Source of the DNA: Stylophora pistillata
Taxonomy: Eukaryota
Length of the DNA: 64,000 nucleotides
Reading direction: 5' to 3'
Assembly: GCF_002571385.2 (NCBI RefSeq)
Contig: NW_019218099.1
Coordinates: 244,591-308,590, forward strand
This document shows positions 47,212 to 60,512 of the stretch, piece after piece. The translations under genes and the position numbers were made by a program. How positions within the stretch are numbered: position 1 is the first letter of the stretch; every line of letters starts with the position of its first letter. The notes below the pieces were generated by a model. The model did not search any database. It was not told the DNA's origin and was given only the letters and a program-made list of their open reading frames with translations.

Positions 47212-49259
47212 NNNNNNNNNNNNNNNNNNNNNAAGATAATACATATATCTTATTAACCAAGCGCGAGGGCCGTACTGGGAGAATATCGGCCCGAGGTCTT
47301 GACAGTACGGACCGAGCGCAGCGAGGTCCGTACAAAAAAGACCGAGGGCCGATATTCTTCCAGTACGGTCCCGAGCAAGCTTGGTTGATAAGAGATTTAT
47401 TATACGACTGAAGTTCAAAGGGACACAAGTGCGGTATCATTCGGGACCATTCGGGACAGTGCCCGGTCCAATACTTAGAGAATATTGGACCGGCAATAGA
47501 GTATTTTGATTGGTTGATTTTAGTTGTTGGCCCTCTGCCCGAGTCGTGTAATAATTTGAGTTATTCAACGGAATGATAGAATAGTCGATCGGTGGATTGG
47601 CGGGATAACTCAAGACGCGGAATCCCTTTTTGTATAAAACAAAAGTTTTAAAATCGAATTTCAATAAAATAGGAAATTTAAGATTTAACAGGCGAAATAT
47701 TGATGAAAAGAAGCATACGTAATCATTGGAGCCCAGAGAATTGGGTAACCAGGAGACTTTCGAGCAAACCCTAGCTTTTTTAAATTATTATTATATTACA
47801 ATTATTATCAGTATTATCATTGCTAAAATTATTATTTGTAACCATTTCCCTATCGGTTGAATGTCAATGAGACAATATATTCTTGAACCATCTTTCTCTT
47901 ATGGGAGAGGGTATTCATAAATATGTGGAATGCCGCATTTTTTCTGTTTTTTAGAAAAATATTCTGTAAATGTAAATACAAATTTGATTGTTTGCAAACA
48001 TGTATTTGAAAATCTTTCATGTACCATTTTGCTATAATTCTTGCAAATGATTTGAAATAAAAATCGATATTACTCTCTTAAGCGCCAATTTCCCTTAGCA
48101 TTAATCTTTTTAAGTGGATATTATATTGGCCCCGAATCTGTCTAAAACAAAATTCATTCGAGAAGTTTTGAACGTTTAAATGACCTTCAAGGATTTTGAA
48201 CTTGATCAGAACTGAAGAGTGAACAATTGAACCATTGTAATAAATATAATTGAGTTTATAATTTGAGTCTATTTAAAGAAACAAAACAGATAAAACGGGT
48301 TTAAAGCTCTTGGGGCACGTTAACCCCTCGTCGCCAGTCTCGCTAAATTAAGCGCTAATTAACAATGATTAGATTTTATGAGATATTTTTACTTCTAATC
48401 ATCGATAGCTTTATATTTTCTCTGTTTTCTTTTCATGGTGGTGGGTGTCAATAGAATCTATTTTTAGGAACAGCTTCGCGTTACTTGTATAAGAAGAAAC
48501 AAACTGTAGAATTTCGATTCGCTGCACTTCACTGATTTTTGATCAGGAGGGTTGTAAATTTGTCATTTGAAAAGAGTTGTACCTATAGAGGAAATCTTAG
48601 ATATATGTATATTTTATACATTCCCGTCTTATTTCATCGAGCTTGTATCTTTAAACTTGTTTCTTCAAAATCGTGGTAATTAAGCATTGGGCTAAGCGAG
48701 TCTGTGGGTTTAAAAACAAGTCTATAAATAGCTATATTTTTTTTAATTTTACACATCAGTTGAAAACGCCAATTATAAATCAGTGAAAACCGGTATAAGT
48801 TCTCGAGTTCCGTTGACTCGAGACATTAATTGATCAGTCAAGTTGGCGAAAGTTTGGTCGGCTTTGAAGTCTCTCAATTTGAAATTGCGGTACTGAAGGT
48901 AAGTAGCTTTTAGAATCGAAGATAGACTGACAGCGACGAAGGAATCAGTAATGAAAACATACTTATAGCTGTTCATTCAAGTAAAATTGCCGAAGTAGTC
49001 AAGGTTCTGACGAAGGACTAAAGTTCAACACTTCAGTGTTAGAAAAAATCAAAGGTGACAAATTTATTACCAAATTTCCTTGTCGTACCCCCCACTGATG
49101 CGATACCACAGTTTCTTTAGAAGCTTGCCTCTTTATTCAAATATGGCAGTCGTTTGTTGCCAGCTCGCCAGGGGCAAGCCATCCAAACAAGATACTTTCT
49201 TTTTCCTCAGCTGATTTAGCGCGAGGTTTATTTCCTAAAGTAATCATTTGACACTTCAG

Positions 49260-49622
49260 AAATAGTAATAGTAATCAAAGTTTAATGTCTTTACGTGGGG
49301 CATGGTTACCCATATTGCCCGAGCCAGAGGCTCGTGTATGAAACTTAAGACAACAACCCTCTCATCCCACCCCAGGGGAGGACATCCATCATACAGTAAT
49401 CTCGTGCGTGGGAAATTAACGTCTCCTAACCCTGCGGGAGACGGGACCTCCATTTATTCGTCCCTATCCGAGAAGACTAGAATATCTAAACCATTTCTTG
49501 ATGTTGTAGAAAGGCAGCATATTCTTCTCAATTATTTTAAGACCTTGAGGGTTGGTCCGGCCGGGGCTCGAACCCTCGACCTACCGCACATCAGTCCAGC
49601 GCTCTATCCATTGAGCTAACCG
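49260..49622 (-). mobile_element. Full-length tRNA-derived SINE with a Nin/Deu-like conserved domain; partial copy at 46555-46730
   Basis: Head GGTTAGCTCAATGGATAGAGCG...GGTTCGAGCCCC; central TGCTGCCTTT...AATGGTTTAGATATTCTAGTCTTCTCGGATAGGGACG...GGTCCCGTCTC; tail of (TTACTA)n. Confidence 0.75.
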
Positions 49623-52600
49623 TCTGTCAACTTTAAAACCCTTTGGTGCATACTCGTTGTGAGAACTTACAAAGAGTTTCTTGGAAATTTTTAATTCTTG
49701 CGAGTTCAAACTCTCACGAAGTAACTATCAAAGAAGTGTGGGTCTTTAATTTCGGAGAATTTGTTCTCAGGTCCACTACATTTTTCTTAAGATAACACTT
49801 CTTTAACATGTCTTTAAGAATTCAAAACATGATAACCCCGTAGTCCATAAACAAAGATGGCTGAAAATAGAAAAACAGAGAGCTAAACCAGAATGTAACT
49901 ACGCTCCTCTGTTCTCACAATGACTTCTTTCCTGCTAATTTAATGGCCAATGATCGGGAATCGTGCTTGCGTATTTTGTCAAATGAAAACTGGAGGTTCT
50001 CGTTGTAAAGCGCATGTTTCATCACGACTCGCGATTCCAGGATCCCGGCTAACCAAGCTGGCTTGTTCGTTATGAAATCCCGAAGTTGATGTTTGTTGCG
50101 TTAAACTAAATTGAAGAGATCTCGGCAAAAAACCGAGCCAGCCCAGCTTAGGTAATTAGGTCCTAGAAGCTTTGACTAAGTTGAATGGATTCATCGAGAC
50201 TTAAAAACCCCTGGGAAGGGGGGATTCGGGTAGGGTGTGCCGCTGGGACCCAATCTCCGGGTGCAACGCGAACTCTGTTTCTGGCAAATTAACCAAACTG
50301 GCGCTCGATACGTAAGGAGAATTACTTTGATTAACATAGCCTGTTCTATAACAAATCCCATTTCACCTCAAAAATTTCTTCCCACCTGGAGTTGGATGGT
50401 TAAAGAGTTGATTCGAGGACAAGGTTTAATTTATACGAGTGACAAAAACGCTTTTCTCTGAAAGCAAAATTAAAGCCCAGAAACCTCCTTTCGTATTCTG
50501 CTGTAAGTTGTTGCAAAATGTCAAGGTACAGTTGCAATTCTTTGGCGTTAGATACCACCAGGAGGCCTTTTGTAGCTTTTACATTTAAAATTTTTTGTAT
50601 TTGTGGTCCACGAAAAGAGAAAAATTTGATTAAATTTGCATTCTGATCATTCTTAAAAGTAAACAATCAGGGTGATACGGAGGAACACAAAAGCGCTTTC
50701 ATTTTGAAGGTCCATGATCCGTGACACATGTGCCGTTGATAAGAAAACTTTATTAGATTTTCTGTTTAGTGTTAGATCGCGCCAATTTGTTCTCACAACA
50801 AAGAAAGCCATCAAGAAATTGGCGAAACACCTGCAAAATCTTTCGCAATATACTCAACTTCCGTGAGAACGATAACCTGCGGGATTTTCTAATGATTGGC
50901 TCATGCGAGGTAGCGTGATCTTAGCGGCATGGCGAAAGGTTTTTTTTTTTTTTTTTATCATTAACATTTTTATTGAGTGAGTGAGTTCGCATGCCATGAT
51001 TACGCAGCACACGTTCACGGAATGAACAACAGCAGGCAAAAATCATTTCAAGAATTATGCCAAATCTAAACAAATATTCATGGCTCATCTCAACCTAGGC
51101 GCTAGATTTTAGACCCGCGGGACTAATTCATTTTCCAAAACATATACAACCATTTCAACACTTAGTTCGGATCACTTCTCGATGAAAAACGTGGAGCGTG
51201 TCCGGCTAAGTCTAGCAGACAATTACACGCTTCAGCTGTTAAAATTAAAGTGTCCCTCAAAAACCCAGACATAACAGAAGTGTGGTTTACGTGCTGGAGA
51301 TACCAGCTTCCTGAGGGGTCACGTACAAAATTGTCAAGAAGTGGCAACACGATTCCAAAAAATACCTCGGCATATTAGTTGTCCGGTTGAAAGTGATCCA
51401 ATTCAAATAACTAGTGTGCAGTTTTGAAATATTTCCACGAAATCTCTGAGACCATTTTTGACGAGAGTTCTTTTGTTTTATTGCATAAAATTGACGATGA
51501 AAATGGCCCACGCTTTTGTTTTGATTGTGGCTTTAATTGACGTGAATCATTAATTCTGGAAATCAACCAACGCATTTGCAACAAATAACCATAACATTCT
51601 GACGATTAGAAATAGTTTCTTGAAGTCTGTTTTCGCTCTTTTCAACGATTCTACGCGCCAGAACGATCTTTGATATGCTCAGTAAATAAATAGTTGTATG
51701 ACCTTGCAGGAGTAAATTCCATCCGTCGGACCCCTAAGTTTTCCGCTAGAAAAACACGACTTGAGCGACAAGATAAATATGGTTTTAAATATAAATCGTT
51801 CAAATAGGTAATAGGATAAGAAAAATACCTTAAACAAACTCGGACTTCTCAGACCACCCAAAAGTGCAACAATTTTCTCTGGGGTCACTCATTGCCCACG
51901 TGCGCTAAAGATTTATTATAATCCGATAATTGAGGGGCTAAAAAGACGTTTCATGGGGCAATAAATCAAGTGTTTTTCATAGCGACTCTACAAAATCTTG
52001 CAGGCTAGTGTTTTACAACAACACGGGTTCACTGTCTTCCATCGTGTGTCTCTGGTGGAATGAAAATTGGCTCTATCTCTAATCGACGCATTGTCCTAGT
52101 ACAATATTTGATAACATAATGAAGCCAAACCGCAATTTCCTCTTGTCCATAAGAACATTTAGCCGTGGGACAATGACAAGCTAGACTTTTCATTCAGTTG
52201 AGACGTTTTATTATTTCCTTATAAAAGGATTACAAAACACTAGAGTTCAAAGCACACCGGAAAAAACACGTTCACTCCATATGCTGGAGGCTGAGAAAAA
52301 AATTACCCCTTCTCATACTAAATCTGTATAGAGTTTGATGCTCCCTTTCCTTTAATTCCGCCCTGTTCAAAAATTCTGCTTCGTCATGCACGTAGTTAAA
52401 TTCTGACCATCAGTTGTATGTCTGACCAGCCATTTTCATTATAAGGGCTTGTACCATGCATCAAGTATTGCCGGTTTAAGTTCCTGGGTGCACAAACAGA
52501 AGTCCACATTTACATACCATATCTCACTCGACAATTTTCAGATGAGTCTCTCTGTTCTTGCCGACATAAAGAGATGTTGTCAAGGTGAATGTGATAAACA

Positions 52601-55600
52601 ACTTCGTGAAAAACCGCAGGGCAATTTTCTAGTGCTATCTACATCAGTATAAGCGCACTAGTGCATACAAAGTGTCGCAAAGTCTACATTTTGGGCCATC
52701 GAGATGATTCCTCTCAAATTTAGCAGCTCACTTCACAAAGGAACTCTCTCTCAAATAAACTCCAATTTTTGCGTGACTTTTTTCCTTCTTTTTTGATTCA
52801 TCGATATCAAATAAGGACAGCTAACACACATCATAAAGTTGTTACAATACACCGAGATTACTTTGATCTTTCATCCTTAAAAAATTTTCCTGTATATTTA
52901 CTTTGTTCAGATTAAAATTCGTTTGGTTTTAAAGCCAAGTCTTAGCAAACAGTAACAACATTTAATTTTGTCGTCCATACAAACTGCTCTACTCGATATC
53001 AAATTATAAGGGAAAGGAGGATAGCAAGTTCTTTTTCTTTCCCTTTTTTTCACATGTTAGCCATTGGAATTCTCGCGTTATCACCTCTTTCATAAGATTG
53101 ACAAGTAGAATTTGTTTTCATTTATTATTTCTCTTGTACAAAAATGTGTCGCGTACGTGAGCTCCGAGAACTTCCTTCACGTAGAACAATGGGAGAAAAC
53201 CACAAATTATGCCAAACTTCTTCTTGCAACTAATTTCATCTTCGCTCACTTAAAATGGTAAATAGCCACAAGTCGTGTGTCCAAGCTCAATAATTTGTAA
53301 CTTTTTTGTAACGATTTGATTTATGGCCGGAATTGGTTTTATAAGAACTTGCAATCGGACCAATACCGCTAACAACATTTGGTGCACGCTGCAACAGTTT
53401 TCAATTGTAGCTGAGTGAACTGCAAATGAAGGCTCTTGCGAAATAATTGATTATGTGCCAAGCTCAGCACTGAAGTGGTGCAGTAATGGTTCAAACACAA
53501 TTCATTTAATTACTTCATAGCAGTGGTCCTGTCTGCAGTTGTATTGTTAAGTTTGTTAACAATCGCGATAAAACCTCAACAAACGTAAATCGCATTATAA
53601 CGTCCTGTCAGTTAAGAAGTCTGACGTTATCAAATGAACCGAAAACGTTATATTCAAAGTGGGCGCTTATATAAGTATTTCCATTGTAACTGCATAAATA
53701 AGAGCATTTTTGATCAAAACAGTCATAGTCGAAGCGTTTTCGTATCAAGCGCGCCCAGTTCAGGTGAGTCCAAAAGAATCTTGATAAGTAAGTTTTGCTT
53801 AACGATCTTTATCAACGGTATGCGTCAAAGGGGACAATTCAACTGTTTAAGACCAACTGAACCACGAAAATGCAGGAACGGGTCCTTGCTAGGTACATTC
53901 TTCTTATGGTAATGAGGTTAAATAAGCTAAAGCTTTGCACGACACGATCTTTCCAGTCATATTCCGTACTGTGCAAAGCTACATTCAACATATTAAGAAG
54001 GCTGTAAACACTGGTTCAACAATCATGAATCAAAAAACACAAAGAGGCAAAAGTGTAGAACTATAAATATGCAAGCTTTCTATAAGATTTAGCAAGCGGG
54101 AAGTACTTCGAGTCGTTCTAGCGCAAGGAGTGCTGTACCTGAATGATGACGTTACGAAAAGCTGAGCGCATTTTCCACAGTTATACGAACGAAACTCCCT
54201 GGTCTGAAGGGTTCCTGAAAAGCCCATTCCACCGGGAATTATTTAATTAAGCCTTAGATACAAAATAAATGGACTTCTCAATGTCAACAAAACTCGTCGA
54301 CCCCTCGACAATGAAATTGTTAAATGATTTCTTCTAACTTGTGCGAAAAGACGTATAAAAGTAAAAATACGGTACACTGTACACGAATTAGCGATTATAC
54401 AACATATATTTGTGCTCCGCTCTCAGCTTTTCAAGGGAAGCTTTTCAACTGATGAACAGGTTAACCGCCACGTTTATTGTGTCGGGGGGGGGGGAATCTT
54501 AAATATCAAAGTAAAACCTCAGTATATACTTGACAACGAGTAATGCTCATTTCTGGCCTAAAGAAACTGGGTCGAGTTTGGTGTATCTTGACGGAAAATT
54601 TAGTTTACACCAATTTTCTAGTTTTGTGATTTAAAATCCGCGTCAATTTCCTCTACCATTGATCATCATCGTTTCTTTATGATGTATTTTAACCAATTTA
54701 GTTTTTTTTTAGTTCATCAATTGATGATTTTCCGTCTTTTCGGTCGCTTTAATTAGATGATACTTTGGACTTTTCGGGTCAGGTCGCATTATGGCAGTGA
54801 GTTTCGTCACTAGCTGTGGAAAAATTCTTCATGGCTTAATTACAGAGCTTTATAACAATTGAGTGTGGTAACAATTAAAGTCAACAGACGAAAAAATCCG
54901 AACAGTCAATCAGTAGAAAGGGAAACATTACAAAAAGCCAATGAACACTTAAAGAAAAACAAAACCGAAAAAAAAAAAAAACACGAGAGTTTCCTGAAGC
55001 GAGGAAACTCGCGGGTGACCAAGTCGCCGTTGGTACTAGTTTTGAATCCGATTGGTTAAGGTAAGGGCTCGAGTTTTCTGGACCAATTATAGCACGAAGT
55101 AAAGCAAAGCTATCCCGGATTTCTTTCGGCGCTCAGTTGAAAATTTCTCCTAAGACATTTCTTACTAATTCTGCCATGGGTTGCCATCCAAGCAGAAAAA
55201 TTCGTGGGAAATTATTGACCACAATGCCACTTCACGAGATCTCCTCTAATACAGTACAGAGCAGAACATGGACTTCCTTCAATTTAAAAAAAGATTTCGA
55301 AGTGTTGGCTCAGTAAGAAAGAAAAATGTAAAGGGGGGGGGGGGATGAGAAATCGATGAAGGATAAATGAAGGTTTAGAAGATTAAGGCAAACCTAAAAA
55401 ATTTTTAACAAACAAACATTGCTCGGAGAAGAAAAAAGCCTACCCATCAGTGACTGCCTTCTCCTGTGTTTTGTTGCACATGTCCCACGAACTTCGTTGC
55501 ATGTACGCTTTATAACGACTTGCAATGACTTGCAGAACGCCCCTTTCAGGTTTTCAATCGACATCATTTGTTCATCGTGGGTTCACCAGAGCACCTGCGT

Positions 55601-58600
55601 AAGACATAATTAACCCCTGACTGTTCATATCAGTGACGCACGTCTCACCGCGAATAACATATCAGTGATCTATTATTGTGCTTTCTAAATATCTACAACC
55701 ATCTTTCGCGTACAAACACTATACAAGACGTGGGATCTCATCCTTAATATATCTAATTTTCGTGCTTGTAGATATTTTTTGCGGCTTGCTTTCAACACCT
55801 TTCCGCTTTATGTTGTTCAGAGCAGCAAAATATCTGAATATACCATTTTGATATACCATTAGAGGTAAATGGTTTTTAACTTGAAATTGAATGAAATGAG
55901 GAAAGAAGCACTTCAAAGAGGCAAGAGTTTACTTACAAGGAGCTCACTGGAAAGCCAAAGAATTCAGGCGGATTGCCAGTGGCATTTTTGAATAGTTTGT
56001 GCAGTTAATTTTTCAAGATTCGTTCACGGTGTCATAGCTAAGCGAACTACGTGATCAGATTGACGATAGTAAAATAATTGCTCCTAGACTTTGCACACAC
56101 ACAAACAATTTAAAATGTCACAGATCAATATCGAGTGTGACAAAAAGTTAAATATAACATAATGAAAATTATGGACAGGAAAACACGTTTTGTCGATTCA
56201 TGCTCAGAACTCGCGAAATCGTTTTTCCAATGTGCACTCGTAAGGACAAAACGTCAGTACACGGGCAAATATAACGATTTATTGCCCTAGCACTTATTCA
56301 CTGAGAAAAATCAAGGGTTTCAAAAGCCTTAAACATGATGATATAGTTATACAAGTTTGAGAAGTTTAGAGTTTTCGAAAGAGACGAAATTATTGTAAGA
56401 TTTCTGTGACAATAGCCATCAAAGACTAGTGAGCAGCGTTGATTCTTGTTTGTTAGAGTTTTACCCTTCTCGTCTTAGTGAGGAATATGACACTGGGGGA
56501 ACCATTAAGCCCCTGTTTGTACAACACACAATGATTATATATGAATTGATAACGGGGTCAATGTTAACAAATTTCTCTTTTGAAACTGGATTGCCGTAAC
56601 AGACGCACAGCCAAGAAAGCGTGTGAGAACGTTTGAAGAGCATAATCACTCAATTATTAAGCGTACAAGAAGTAAGCCCTTTCCGTACAAGAGAGCAGAA
56701 AATAAGTGCGTATTTCGAATAATAACCACAAGTAGGAATCAGGACAACTTTCGCTTGCTAGTTTAACGCTATTATTAGCATAACTGAATGACCCTTAAGT
56801 GCTTCATCAACTAGCCTTTTGTGCTTTTAGATTGGAAAAAAATGTAAGACGTATTTATCGTTAGTAATTATTAAGATTTACAATGAAGTTCCCTGGAAAA
56901 GGGCTTATAACAGTTTTTGGAGGTAGTATCAAATTCTATGCGATTTTAGTAATTGGATTTCATAACTTATGCTCAGACATTTTTTACTGATCCGCCATAT
57001 AATATTTGCTTTTCACTTTTTATCAAGAAAACAGTCCATAAGCTTAGAAATCAGGTCAGTAAGTGAAAAAACCTCTAAATTCACTCATGAAAATAAAATA
57101 AAATTACAATGCTAGAATAAATAGCGTAAACCATCATTCGTTTTCTAAGATAACAAAGTTTGCCTTTATTGATTTCAAAATTGAAGTGGACAGTATCATT
57201 CTATGAATAATAAATTGTCATGAGTCAAGACTTATTCAATTTGTTGTCTTCTGAGCATTGGGTTTTTATGGGTGCTTTCTTTCCGTGAAAAGCCGGTGTT
57301 TATAGACTGTCTGACATTTCCAAATATATATTTGCACGTGTTTTCGTACCTAAGTGAAGCACGCACGTTTTGGGAAAAAAATGTAAAAAAGCCATTGGAC
57401 CCAATTTCGAAAATTTCGTTTTCGAAACAAGCGCTCCATCACTGCAAAATTGTTTGAAAGAGAATAAAAGAGAGAGACCTGCTGATCCCTTCGTAACAAG
57501 TGAGTTGAGTTATCTAAATGATTAGGCGAACTCCATGCATGACAAGTAAACTGATCGTTGATAAAGAAGACACGAACTATGGAAGTGGTCGCTTCATTCT
57601 CCAGTCTGAGCATTTGTTCAAAGATACAAGTGAAAAACTTCGTTTGAGATATCATTCTCTTGGGATAAAACTAAGTTAGTTCAACAACTTCGTGACTTCT
57701 GTACGAATCGCTTGATTTTAAACATGACGTGTTAATTTAGGGTTGACAATCATCCCAGCTGAGCCGAAAAATCTTAACCTTGATTGAGTAGCGAACGCGG
57801 AAATATGTTAACAATTTTTACGAAAATAATCTTGACAAACAAAACTTCAGACACTGAAAAACGATCTCATTGTTTTTCTGACCCTTTCTCAGTTTTGAAC
57901 CTGTTGTGAAAGTTTTTTTTAAGAACTATTTCAAAGGATCTAGTTTGTTTTTCGCTTTTGCCAGGTTGCAGACAAAGTCAACTTTTCACTTTCTCGTAAC
58001 ACGTAAAGTGAGTTAGACGTGTTAGTGTTCCATTGAGGCTAAAGTGCTTCAGATCCGTGATTCCGTATCACGTCTGCAACTCTTTCCCATTCAAAAATAA
58101 TACCTTTACGTCAAATTTTCGTATCTTCACGCGTCTGTTCCATCACTTCCTTATGTTTTGCTACGTGATGGTTTCTCTTGACGCCTTTTCCTTCACTTGT
58201 CTAGCATTTGAAGCGAAAAACCTCAAGTTTGGCTGTATTTCAATGGCACTCCCTCAAAGCTCTTATTACGCCATAAACTGGGTTTTTACTGCCGGTTTTT
58301 AATTTAATTTATTAAGAGAAAACAACGAAAGAAAGAAAACACTTTTACCATCGTTTGTATACTGTGGCGCAATTCACGCATTTTAGCACACGTAAATCGG
58401 TGAACTCGTCAAAGCTGTTTGTAACAAATTGACAAACTCAGATGGGTTCTACTAATAAAAAACAAAACACTTCATCCTTCCTTAAATGTTTTCTCGGAAA
58501 TTTTCACCCAACATCTAACTGTGCCGTCATCTTTAGCTCGCAATATCAGAACTTGGAAAAGGTTATTTTCAACTAGCATAACTAAGTAGGTTTGCTCTGA

Positions 58601-60388
58601 AATTGAAAACACTTTAGAACGAAGAAATTGTATAACATTCTACTTCAAGAGCTCGTGAAGTTTGTTATTCCTTGGATCAGCTAAGTTTCCATGAAAATCA
58701 CTATGCTAATAGTTCAAGATTTAGTGCGTTGGTTCGAAAGCCCGCAACAAGGAAAAGTTAGGCGTTGTCAGGTAACCGCTTTTGTTGGACGTGTTTTCCT
58801 TGATACGGACATGGGATTTACCTCGTAATTTTGGTTAATCCTGAACGGCCGATAATGACTCGAAAAAACTGTACGTGCTTTGGTGCTGCCCAGACTGATT
58901 AACTTGTAACAATATCAGTCCATCAAAGATATTTCACCATGGTGGGCAAGTGCTGTCTTTCTTTTATAATCACCTCGAGATTGCATGTCTAAGAGCTAGA
59001 ATCCACGCTATTTTTAACACCGGCAATTTGTTAGTGGATTGTACCCTGAGCGATAAAGGTCATAAGGTTTTCATTTGCTGTTTAACTTAAGCTAAGTATT
59101 ATTTAATCGCTTTTTCTTGCATGTTCGCCTAGGGTAAAAGAAAGCATTTGTTGTGAACGTATGAATGCTATGAATGCATATATTAAATAGTCATCGTGGT
59201 CTGAAAGTAAGAAGCTTGTGGAAAGGCGGTGTGTATTATGTTATTGCATACTCAAAGATAACAGATACATGAAAGAAAGGGTGCTATTTTCGAGCGAAAT
59301 TCCATTGCTAGCTTCAGCAATGTGAACAGCCAGCTGTCTCAGCATGGCTTACAGTTGCCTCTTTAGGGCAAAGACACGCGAGGTTTCTTTGTCAACGCTT
59401 AGCAAACCGGTGTCTTTTTTTTTCGGTCTACGTGAGCTGAGAAGGCTTTTGATTTGTTTACGTTCTTCTGCACAGTCATGCATGTAGAGCAATGGGAGAA
59501 TCAAACGTGATCCTGACCTTCCAACACGTGGATTGTGGAAAATAACAAGCTTCGCGTGACTTGACCTTCGGTCCCCTTATAGATCGCGCAGATCCAGGGG
59601 TATCTATCCAAAGCCCGGGATGGTGCACACATGCGATTTGCCAGTCTCGCTTCTATTCTAGACACTAAATATCTGCCCACAGATAAGCAAGAAAAACAGC
59701 TGTGAATGAGTGTGTACCCTAAACTGCAAAACAAATTAAACGTCTTTTGTGAAGCGTAACCGACTAAGCCACCAATGGCAAAATGTCTCGTGCGCAAGAA
59801 CGGGTTTGTGCGTCGAAATATCCTTTTTGCAACTTGATGCAACGGTTTCGAAACCTCCACTTCAGATTATCACGTAATACAGGGCAAATGAGCAAATATT
59901 AGCTTTTCGAGAGTTCGACTTATCGCCATGGTACCAAACAAACAAGGTTAGACGAAAACTAAAATAAATCAGGACTGTCTAAGGAATATGCTGATGTGCC
60001 CTCGTTGATTTTTCAAGTGGAACAAAAAACGTGACTCGCTGCCAAACATCACCGCGTATGTTATGATTAGATTTGAACTGATTTCAACACGTGGAGCTTT
60101 CAAAACTGCTTTCATTTTGCAATCTGATTATTTTGCGCGTTGAAACACATTTTAAACAGCACTGCTCTAACAGCGTGATTTTGCTAGAGACTCTTGGATC
60201 CGCCTGCAGGTGGGCGTTCAAATTTGAAGTAATGACATTATTAATCAACCCGGCGCTATTCTTTTGGATGAATGAAATTTCACGCTACGCGGAGATCGGA
60301 GTTTCTAAATTTATCCTCAACCGAGACAGCCGTAATTAGACGCGTGTAAACATGCTAGGAACGTATAGGTTGTCACGTAGACGGGGTC

Positions 60389-60512
60389 TATATAAGGACA
60401 TACTTTCTTGTCTGTTCTGTGGTCAGACACTCGCTAGGAGAACGATCTGTGAGCAACGATCCGATCCAGCAAACGAGAAGAAAAGTCACACCGATTTTTA
60501 GAACCAACTAAG
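60389..60512 (+). promoter_or_regulatory. TATA box and putative non-coding first exon of the P450 gene
   Basis: TATATAAG at 60389-60396, an Inr-like TCAGA about 30 bp downstream, and donor AAG|GTATGC at 60513. A matching acceptor TTGCAG ends at 63207, 12 nt before the ATG. Confidence 0.6.
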